From a virus: a DNA stretch of 58,009 nucleotides. The notes below the pieces were generated by a model. That model was given only the letters and a program-made list of their open reading frames with translations. It searched no databases and had not been told where the DNA came from. Of the stretch, positions 38,471-45,722 are shown piece after piece. Numbering within the stretch: position 1 is the stretch's first letter; each line of letters opens with the position of its first letter. The position numbers and the translations under genes are program-made. The DNA is taken from IMG/VR virus record IMGVR_UViG_3300045988_137753, positions 1-58,009 of that record. The stretch is one strand, 5' to 3'.

Positions 38471-39604
38471 TTAATACTGACTTAAGTTAATTGCTGCATT
38501 TAAGTCTCTATCCATTGTATGTCCACATTCAGGGCAGGTAAATATTCTATCTTTAAGTTTAAGTCTATCTTTGCCTGTTCTTGTATGTCCACATTTACTG
38601 CAAGTTTGTGAACTAGGATACCATCTATCAGCCATTACTAATTCTATGCCATATTCTTGTGTTTTATATTGTAATTGTCTTTGGATTTCAAAAAATCCTT
38701 GTTTGCCTATCGCATCTGATAAATGCTTGTTTTTCATCATTCCTTTTACATTTAAGTCTTCTATTACTATCTTTTGAGGTTTCTTTTCTACTAATTGGTG
38801 TGTCATTGTATGTCTATAATTATTTCTAATATCTCTTATTCTATGTTGCAGTTTTAAGATTTGTTTTTCTAATTTGATTATGTTATTAGTTTTATGATAT
38901 GCTTTCCCTTCTTTATTCATATCATATTTTTTACTTACTTGTCTTTGCAATCTTTTTAATCTCTTCTCTAATTTCTTCATCTCAGCAGTTTTGTTAATAT
39001 TCTTATATACTGTACCATCACTAACTATCGCTAAATCTTTAATACCTAGGTCTACACCTAATACAGTTGGATTTAATTCAGGTTTATAATCTTCTTGTTC
39101 TACTCCTACTGATATGTACCAATGCAATCCATCATATGTCACTCTTGGATTAGAGTATTTTTTTACAATAGGTATATAGTTTTTTCTACTTAATTTGACT
39201 ATTCCTATTTTAGGAAGTTTGACTTGATTTTCAGATATTTTTATAGCTTGATAATGTGGCGCAAAGGCTGGAGTTGTTCTATTTCTGCTCTTAAATCTTG
39301 GGTAGGATTTAGCATTGCCCTTTTTTACTTCTCTGAAAAAGTTCTTAAATGCTGTACAAGCATCTGTATAAGCTATAATTAGTGTCATTGCATCACAATC
39401 TTTAAGCCAGTTATTTTCTTTTTTATAAGCGGTTAAATACTTACTCATCCCCATGGCTGATATGAATTTTTCGCCTTTTTCATATCTTTCCTTTTGAAAG
39501 GCTAATGTCCAGTTATATATATGTCTTGCACATCCTGCTTGAAAAAACATTTGTTGTTCTTGTTGTTTATTAGGTTCTAATCTAACTTTGTATGATTTAA
39601 TCAT
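38471..39604 (-). CDS. tnpB: TnpB-type (IS605 OrfB family) RuvC nuclease, array-associated; candidate miniature type-V-like effector
   Basis: KVRLEPNKQQEQ N-terminus, VLGVDLGIKD (RuvC-I), IVIEDLNVKGM (RuvC-II), CSKCGH..CPECGH zinc ribbon, MDRDLNAAINL (RuvC-III). Confidence 0.9.
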   Translation of the reverse strand: MIKSYKVRLEPNKQQEQQMFFQAGCARHIYNWTLAFQKERYEKGEKFISAMGMSKYLTAYKKENNWLKDCDAMTLIIAYTDACTAFKNFFREVKKGNAKSYPRFKSRNRTTPAFAPHYQAIKISENQVKLPKIGIVKLSRKNYIPIVKKYSNPRVTYDGLHWYISVGVEQEDYKPELNPTVLGVDLGIKDLAIVSDGTVYKNINKTAEMKKLEKRLKRLQRQVSKKYDMNKEGKAYHKTNNIIKLEKQILKLQHRIRDIRNNYRHTMTHQLVEKKPQKIVIEDLNVKGMMKNKHLSDAIGKQGFFEIQRQLQYKTQEYGIELVMADRWYPSSQTCSKCGHTRTGKDRLKLKDRIFTCPECGHTMDRDLNAAINLSQY

Positions 39605-39618
39605 TTCTTTTTCCTCCT

Positions 39619-40018
39619 ATACTTGTTATATTTACATTTGTACGCTTCTAAGTTCGTTAACTATTAACTATGTGGTATGGTTTCAATACTTGTTGCATTG
39701 TATATTACATTTGTACATTCTCTTAGTTCTTCATCTATTTGCTCTTTTCTGACTTCGTTTCAATACTTGCTATATTGTATATTACATTTGTACAGAATTA
39801 TTTGAGTATGATAGCTTAATAGTTAATACAGTGTTTCAATACTTGCTATATTGTATATTACATTTGTACTTCTTGAAGAAATCTTGCTTCTCTCCTGGAA
39901 GATACAGTTTCAATACTTGCTATATTGTATATTGCATTTGTACGCTATAGCTTATAACTGTAATGTTATATTGTCCGCAATGTTTCAATACTTGTTATAT
40001 TGTATATTGCATTTGTAC
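39619..40018 (-). CRISPR. CRISPR-like array: five 37-nt repeats plus one truncated repeat, five unique 36-40 nt spacers
   Basis: Repeats GTTTCAATACTTG(C/T)TATATTGTATATT(A/G)CATTTGTAC at 39680-39716, 39757-39793, 39833-39869, 39907-39943 and 39982-40018. Truncated copy at 39619-39643. On the minus strand the repeat ends ATTGAAAC. Confidence 0.8.
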
Positions 40019-40206
40019 TCGTGCAACTTGCAATGCAGTAATGCCAATAGATATAAGTACTGAATAATAATTGTACTAGTTGATATACAAGTACTTTTTA
40101 TTAAGTTTTCAAGGTATCAACATATATCTGTACTAGTTGGTATTACTACAATATAAGTTACTAGCATTGAAAAATATAATAAATTTCTAATAACAAGATT
40201 GTATTA

Positions 40207-40373
40207 GCACAAGTGCAATATACAATATAACAAGTTTCCCTATTCAACGTATCCTCTTTTGCATAAGCTACTCGAGTTGGTATGATACTCCAAGGGCGTA
40301 AATTCGGGTTTGAACATCCCTACATACCGAAATAATCTTTTAAGTGATTATCTTTCGGTTTTTATTCTTTTGT
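40207..40373 (-). ncRNA. candidate tracrRNA-like RNA (anti-repeat 40207-40235 plus structured scaffold)
   Basis: Plus strand GCACAAGTGCAATATACAATATAACAAGT matches 27 of 29 positions of the reverse complement of repeat positions 9-37. The adjacent roughly 130 nt has stems (GTATC..GATAC, AGGG..CCCT, hairpin 40326-40359). Confidence 0.5.
40326..40370 (+). terminator. hairpin plus T-run (terminator-like on the plus strand; 5' stem-loop of the tracr candidate on the minus strand)
   Basis: ACCGAAATAATC / GATTA(TC)TTTCGGT followed by TTTTATTCTTTT. Confidence 0.45.
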
Positions 40374-40380
40374 TACTATT

Positions 40381-40409
40381 ATAATAACATAGTTCTCCAC
40401 TTTGTACAA
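40381..40409 (-). promoter_or_regulatory. candidate sigma-A promoter driving tracr/array/tnpB on the minus strand
   Basis: Minus strand reads TTGTAC-17 nt-TATTAT (overlapping TATAAT). Confidence 0.3.
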
Positions 40410-40476
40410 CCATTTTTGAAAATTTATTTATTTTTTTTCTTCACTATGATACAATTATCTCAAAGGTGGTGATTTT

Positions 40477-40635
40477 ATGGCTTTGAATGAAAATAAAGAT
40501 AGAATTAATCTTGTTATAGAAAAGGAATATAAAGAACAATTGCAAAAATTAGCAAAAGACAATAGAGTAACCTTATCAAACTTTTGTGCAACTGTACTTG
40601 TGAAATATATAGAAAAAAAGAACCAAGAGAAGTAA
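40477..40635 (+). CDS. ribbon-helix-helix (CopG/Arc-like) DNA-binding protein, 52 aa
   Basis: AAGGTGGTGA RBS; RINLVIEKEYKEQLQKLAKDNRVTLSNFCATVLVKYI fits a beta-alpha-alpha pattern; below the ORF track cutoff. Confidence 0.6.
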   Translation: MALNENKDRINLVIEKEYKEQLQKLAKDNRVTLSNFCATVLVKYIEKKNQEK

Positions 40636-40657
40636 TTTCCCTTGGCTCTTTCTTTTA

Positions 40658-40864
40658 TTAGCAATTATAATATTTATTTTCTATATTATTATATCTCTTT
40701 AGAAGAATATCATTTTCTCCCCAAAATCTTGCTTCTACTTGGTCAATATCAACTTTTTCTTTACAAATTTCTCTAAATAGATTAATTGCACTTACATAAT
40801 CAGTCCAACCACTATATAGTTCTAAACCTTCATTATTTATCCAACTAACTTGAAAATTATTCAT
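40658..40864 (-). CDS. hypothetical 68-aa protein
   Basis: ORF in track; start coupled to the stop of the upstream small gene. Confidence 0.45.
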   Translation of the reverse strand: MNNFQVSWINNEGLELYSGWTDYVSAINLFREICKEKVDIDQVEARFWGENDILLKRYNNIENKYYNC

Positions 40865-41011
40865 TTATTTGCCCTCCATGTCTTTTAATATTATATTTAC
40901 AAGTTCTTCCTTTGTAAAAAAATCATCTTCTGGATAATATCCTCTTGCATCATAGAAGTATTCTTTTAACATTTCCATGCTAGTTTTTTCTAACATTTCT
41001 TTCATTTTCAT
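40865..41011 (-). CDS. hypothetical 48-aa protein
   Basis: ATG after AAAGGGGGAT RBS on the minus strand; MKMKEMLEKTSMEMLKEYFYDARGYYPEDDFF... Confidence 0.4.
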   Translation of the reverse strand: MKMKEMLEKTSMEMLKEYFYDARGYYPEDDFFTKEELVNIILKDMEGK

Positions 41012-41238
41012 ATCCCCCTTTTTCTTTTATAGTAATATATATGCAAGAGTTATATAAAAATTGCATAAATTTATATAAATTTTAAATAATTTTTAAATGA
41101 TTTTATGTAACACTTGTAGAAGAATTACATATATTTATACAAAGAAAATAAATAGAGGATTTCAATAAAAAATAAATAATATATAAATTATACATTTTTT
41201 AGGTAAATCTTGAATAAAAATTAGTGAGGTGAAATTTT

Positions 41239-41409
41239 ATGGCAAAAGAAAAACCAACTATAATCAATATTTCATTTAAAAAAAATACACTTGATGATAC
41301 CATGCTTTTAGATTGGCTCCAACGTAAATTTGAAGTGTATGGCAAAAGCAACTATATAAAACAAGTCCTAAGAAAAGAAATGCTAAAAGAAATAAATAAA
41401 GAAGATTAA
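41239..41409 (+). CDS. RHH-like small DNA-binding protein, 56 aa
   Basis: GTGAGGTGA RBS; IINISFKKNTLDDTMLLDWLQRK...NYIKQVLRKEM. Confidence 0.45.
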   Translation: MAKEKPTIINISFKKNTLDDTMLLDWLQRKFEVYGKSNYIKQVLRKEMLKEINKED

Positions 41410-41415
41410 ACAAAA

Positions 41416-41451
41416 GAAAAGCTAGAGAATAAGTATCTCCAGCTTCTTTTT
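41416..41451. terminator. terminator hairpin
   Basis: AGCTAGAGA..TCTCCAGCT followed by T-run. Confidence 0.4.
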
Positions 41452-41578
41452 ATATAAAATGTCTTAATAATTCACATAAGGCAGCCAACCCAAAATAAAC
41501 TCCAGCCTTAAACAATTCAGTTACCTCCGATAAAAATAAGATATTAAGAATATTATTTCTCATAAGGGGGATTTTATA

Positions 41579-41971
41579 ATGGTAAAATATTACAGTATAT
41601 CAGAATTTTTACATTTAGAAGAAGAGGACTTGAATATAATAGAAAAGTTATTAGATCATATCAAAAGAAATAAAGTTGTATATTCAAGATTAGTATTATT
41701 AATAGCTTTAATTATGAAAAGTAATAGTATAGCTTATGCAGATAGCTTTGAAGTTAGCTTAAATAATTCAGCTAAACAAATTATAGATATGTTACTTGTA
41801 TTAGCAAAATATTCATTCTTAGGCTTAGGACTAAAAGAAATAATGTCAGTTATGATAGCTGGAGGAAGCTTTAAAGAGGCAACAACATCAGGAATGCAGT
41901 ATCTATTAACTTATGTATTAATTAAACTATATCCTTCATTATTTAATATGTTTAGTAAGATTAATTTCTAG
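41579..41971 (+). CDS. membrane protein (signal-like segment plus two TM helices)
   Basis: 130-aa ORF after GGGGGA; hydrophobic segments. Confidence 0.5.
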   Translation: MVKYYSISEFLHLEEEDLNIIEKLLDHIKRNKVVYSRLVLLIALIMKSNSIAYADSFEVSLNNSAKQIIDMLLVLAKYSFLGLGLKEIMSVMIAGGSFKEATTSGMQYLLTYVLIKLYPSLFNMFSKINF

Positions 41972-41982
41972 GAGGTGATATT

Positions 41983-42156
41983 ATGAAATCTAAAATAATA
42001 TTTAGTGTGCTTGGATGTTCATATAATTTATGTTTGATAGGGGGATTAGTAAGCTTTATATTATATGCTTATGGTTTAGATAAATGTAAGCATGGCCCAA
42101 GTATAGCTATAGGAGTATATCTTATATTATCAATATTAGGGGAGTGCTTATTATGA
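41983..42156 (+). CDS. 57-aa double-TM membrane protein
   Basis: GGAGGTGA RBS; below the track cutoff. Confidence 0.45.
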   Translation: MKSKIIFSVLGCSYNLCLIGGLVSFILYAYGLDKCKHGPSIAIGVYLILSILGECLL

Positions 42157-44441
42157 TTAATCTTAATGTAATTCCTGGAAAAGTAAAAAGTATGAAGCTA
42201 TCAGATTATTATGAGTATAGAAAATGCGAATATTCAATTATACAGTTGATACCAACAAAGAGTAACAGAAATAATAATACTGAACAAATAGCATCTCTAA
42301 TTAATAAAATGTTTAAACAGTCTAGTAAATATATAAATCAAGCTAGTAAGAAATTAATTATAACTCAAAAGCCTAAAGTGTCATTTTATATTCATATCCA
42401 AAAGACAAAAGTCCAATTCTATTTTATAATTCCTGAACAATTCTTAAATCAATTCAAAGTTAAATTTAAAGAGGTGTGGAAAAACATAGAGATTAAAGAA
42501 GTAGATAATATTCCGATAGATATAAATTCATGTACTAAGTATGATTTACATTATAAATATGAGGATAGTTTATCACTTGCAGTTGACAAAAGAAATAATG
42601 ATTTATTAAATGCTAACTTATCAGTTGTATCTATGTTAGAAGAAAATGAGTCAGTTGGACTTTTATATAATTTCATTCCTACAAGTTCAAAAGAAAGCAA
42701 CTATTTTAAATCTAATACCTACCCAAGAACAATTCAAAGATACAAAAATGGAGAAAATCTAAAAAAGTCAAAAAATATTAAAGATTTATCTGTAATAGCA
42801 TTAAAAAATTTTATCTCACTCATAAACGACCTCTTAAATTGTATTTTAAACGTACCACAAAATAATCAGCTTATACTTAATCCTTTGCAGTATGAAATAT
42901 CCCCAAGTACTAAAAGAAAAGGTGAGAAGGCAATATGCCAAAATCAAAGCATAATTTTAACTAAATCTAATGAAAAATCAAGGGAAATTGAACTTTCTAA
43001 TGCTTTTTCTAATACTTTCAAGATAATTTCAGATGATAATGAGTTAATCATTAATGAAATTACTAAAAACATTGATATAAAAAAGACAATCATAAATCAT
43101 GTGAATATTAATAAAACTACAATTGAAGAGTGCAGTAATTTTATATCAATGCCTAGTCTAGAAGTTATAAATCAATTCAAGATGATTGAACATAATAAGT
43201 GCCTAGAGTTGAAAGCTCCTAAATGTTTAGAGAATGGTAAGATAAGAATTGGAACTGTAAAGAATAAAGAAAACAAACAAGAGGTATATTACTCCATGGA
43301 TGAGCAAATGAAAAGACTAGGAAGAGTATTACTTGGAAGTATGGGTAGTGGTAAATCTTATTATATGCAAAATATGGCAAGTGATATTATAAAAGCTGGT
43401 AGAGGATTAGTAGTAATAGATTATATAGATAAATGTCAGCTATCAGATAATATAAAGAAAATAACTTCAAAGGATAAATTAGTAGAAATTAATTTCAACG
43501 ATCCTAAGCAAGTTCAATCATTTAACTTTAATGAGTTAATATTTAATGAAGATGATGACATATACTATAAGGTTAATATAGCTATGCAGAAAGCTGAACA
43601 AATGCAATTATTATTAGACAGTATAAATGATGACAATAGTAAACTTACACCAAGAATGCTTAGATATTTTTATGCAGCTGCTACAGTAGTATATTATAAG
43701 AATGTAAATGCTAGTTTTAAAGACATTATTAATATATTGAAATACCCAGATAAAAGATTTGAGTTAATAAAAAATATACCGGATATTTTAATAGAAGAAA
43801 TAGAAGATTTAAAAGATCTAGATAAAATAGATAGCAAAGGTAGAGTAGAGAATTATGATAGTAAGATAGATGGAATTCTGGACCGTGTTAGCTGGTTAAA
43901 AACTAATTTATATACAAAACTAGCATTTAATAAAGAAGCTGATAATAATATTAATTTTGTAGAAGTTATGAAGCAGAATAAAGTAATTCTGATAAAAATA
44001 CCTGAACAGTATTTTAAAAGCAGAATGATTAGAAATGTAATTGCCACATACTTTTTAAATAAAGTTTGGATTAGTAAGCAAATAGATTGTAGTACACATA
44101 CAGAATTATTCTTTGATGAGATACATCAATGTTACAACTGCCAACTACTTATGCAAAACATATTGGTAGAATGTAGAAAATTTCAATTAACTCCTACTTT
44201 AGCTTTACATTATTTAGATCAGTTAACTCCTAAGTGCAAAAATAGTGTATTGGCATCTGGATCTAGTTATTTATTATTGCAAGGATGTGATGTAAAAGCA
44301 TTTAAAGAATTATCTACTTACTTTGAAAAAGATGGATATAGTGAAATTGATTTAGCTGAATTGGATAGATACAACGCTTTATGTCTAATAAAGAATGAAG
44401 AACAAGGATATAGCTCATTTATAGCTCAACTCCCTTCATAG
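42153..44441 (+). CDS. large P-loop ATPase (VirB4/TraC/HerA-FtsK-like AAA-like domain)
   Basis: Walker A LGSMGSGKS about halfway through, Walker B ELFFDEIH; ATGA overlap with the upstream membrane gene. Confidence 0.55.
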   Translation: MINLNVIPGKVKSMKLSDYYEYRKCEYSIIQLIPTKSNRNNNTEQIASLINKMFKQSSKYINQASKKLIITQKPKVSFYIHIQKTKVQFYFIIPEQFLNQFKVKFKEVWKNIEIKEVDNIPIDINSCTKYDLHYKYEDSLSLAVDKRNNDLLNANLSVVSMLEENESVGLLYNFIPTSSKESNYFKSNTYPRTIQRYKNGENLKKSKNIKDLSVIALKNFISLINDLLNCILNVPQNNQLILNPLQYEISPSTKRKGEKAICQNQSIILTKSNEKSREIELSNAFSNTFKIISDDNELIINEITKNIDIKKTIINHVNINKTTIEECSNFISMPSLEVINQFKMIEHNKCLELKAPKCLENGKIRIGTVKNKENKQEVYYSMDEQMKRLGRVLLGSMGSGKSYYMQNMASDIIKAGRGLVVIDYIDKCQLSDNIKKITSKDKLVEINFNDPKQVQSFNFNELIFNEDDDIYYKVNIAMQKAEQMQLLLDSINDDNSKLTPRMLRYFYAAATVVYYKNVNASFKDIINILKYPDKRFELIKNIPDILIEEIEDLKDLDKIDSKGRVENYDSKIDGILDRVSWLKTNLYTKLAFNKEADNNINFVEVMKQNKVILIKIPEQYFKSRMIRNVIATYFLNKVWISKQIDCSTHTELFFDEIHQCYNCQLLMQNILVECRKFQLTPTLALHYLDQLTPKCKNSVLASGSSYLLLQGCDVKAFKELSTYFEKDGYSEIDLAELDRYNALCLIKNEEQGYSSFIAQLPS

Positions 44442-44552
44442 GGAGTCTTTTTGTGTCGAAAACTTTTTTAATAAAAATTAATAAAATATAGTTGACATTG
44501 TAGTTGTTATCAACTATTATATAATTAATAAAAGATACAGGAGGTAAGAAAG

Positions 44553-45059
44553 ATGAAAAGAAACTTAATGAAAGAAGCTCACAAACTAACAAGAGAAATA
44601 GTAAATAAATATGAGGATGTTGATTATAAAACTCAATTAGGTTTATGTTTATCTTTCTTATCTCAAGAAAATGGAGGAAAAGAAATGATAGAACTTAAAG
44701 GAACTGAAAAACAAATAAAATGGGCAGAAGACTTAAGAGGCAGATTTGTAAAATATTTAGACTTTATAAAAGATTTAGCAAACGAAATAGAAATATCAGA
44801 AAGCTTACAAGATGACATAGAAGATGATTTTAGTAGTATAGAAGAAGCCTTTGAAGTAATAGAAAAACAAGAAAAAGCTTCAAAAATAATAGCCTCTTTA
44901 AGAGGATACAAAATGTTTTCTAGTGATGAAGCTATAGAAAAAGAAATAGAAAAAACTGAAGCACATCTAGTAGATTATGCACAACATTATAATGATATAC
45001 AAAGTGAAAAAGAATCTTATATAGCTTGGACAATAATGAGATTGGCAGATATGAAATAA
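44553..45059 (+). CDS. hypothetical acidic protein
   Basis: 168-aa ORF after AGGAGGTAAG. Confidence 0.5.
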   Translation: MKRNLMKEAHKLTREIVNKYEDVDYKTQLGLCLSFLSQENGGKEMIELKGTEKQIKWAEDLRGRFVKYLDFIKDLANEIEISESLQDDIEDDFSSIEEAFEVIEKQEKASKIIASLRGYKMFSSDEAIEKEIEKTEAHLVDYAQHYNDIQSEKESYIAWTIMRLADMK

Positions 45060-45152
45060 ATAAAATAAATAAGGAGGCGATAAAATATAAATATTACGTT
45101 GTCAGAGAAAGTGGATATTATTTTTAATGAGGATTTGATGGAGGACAGGTTA

Positions 45153-45722
45153 ATGAGAAATAGATTTAATAGGCTTATAAGCCTTCAAGAGGCATCAAAA
45201 CAATATAATAAGCATGAGAGTACACTCCGTACTCTCATCGAACGTAGCAAATTTGTACAAGGTGTAGATTGTATGAAATATGGCAGAACTTGGGTATTTA
45301 ATCAAGATGCCTTAGACAGATTTTATGGTATAAATAAGAAAGGAGATTTTATTATGGAAATTAATAAGTACATTGCAGACCACAAAGAGTTTTTCAACAA
45401 TGAAAGTAAAGTAGGCTTATTCAAATTAGGGACATTGATAGAAAATGTTAGAAATAATCTAACTGAAAAACAATTTGAGCCTTATAAAAATATATTAGCC
45501 GATGCTACGAATAATGACTGTAATAACACTGCAGATTACATTATGAAACATGTATATACAAAATTGATGAAATTAATAATTCAGTATGATTTGGGATGCG
45601 AAAATATATTGGAAGAAATATCAGATATTATGATGAAGACACAGTTTAAGTTGCCAGAAGGCGATACTAATTACATCTTATATATATATATAGGAATTAA
45701 TATTTATAAGGAAGTGAATTAA
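45153..45722 (+). CDS. HTH (excisionase/MerR-like) DNA-binding protein with C-terminal extension
   Basis: ISLQEASKQYNKHESTLRTLIERSKF..GRTWVFNQDALDRFYG; ATG 45153 follows GGAGGA. An internal RBS and ATG at 45354 suggest a possible second product. Confidence 0.45.
   Translation: MRNRFNRLISLQEASKQYNKHESTLRTLIERSKFVQGVDCMKYGRTWVFNQDALDRFYGINKKGDFIMEINKYIADHKEFFNNESKVGLFKLGTLIENVRNNLTEKQFEPYKNILADATNNDCNNTADYIMKHVYTKLMKLIIQYDLGCENILEEISDIMMKTQFKLPEGDTNYILYIYIGINIYKEVN

Noticed and set aside
38471-39604. Interpreting the TnpB gene as an ordinary active IS200/IS605 insertion
   Set aside because: There is no tnpA and no recognisable subterminal left-end or right-end hairpin pair. Only 42 nt follow the stop codon, and an array plus anti-repeat sits immediately upstream. 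A guide scaffold encoded inside the gene's own 3' end cannot be excluded without RNA data.
39851-40063. 70-aa plus-strand ORF in the track (contains FQYLLYCILHLY twice)
   Set aside because: It lies entirely within the CRISPR-like array. The repeated peptide is simply the 37-nt repeat translated, and there is no RBS.
40455-40664. 69-aa minus-strand ORF in the track
   Set aside because: Low-complexity hydrophobic translation with no RBS. The opposite strand carries a well-formed 52-aa RHH gene with a strong RBS (40477-40635), which is the more credible coding reading.
41455-41525. Possible 20-aa hydrophobic minus-strand peptide (TTG start after GGAGG) as a type I toxin
   Set aside because: It is too short, has a non-ATG start, and shows no discernible antisense RNA partner. 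The evidence is insufficient.
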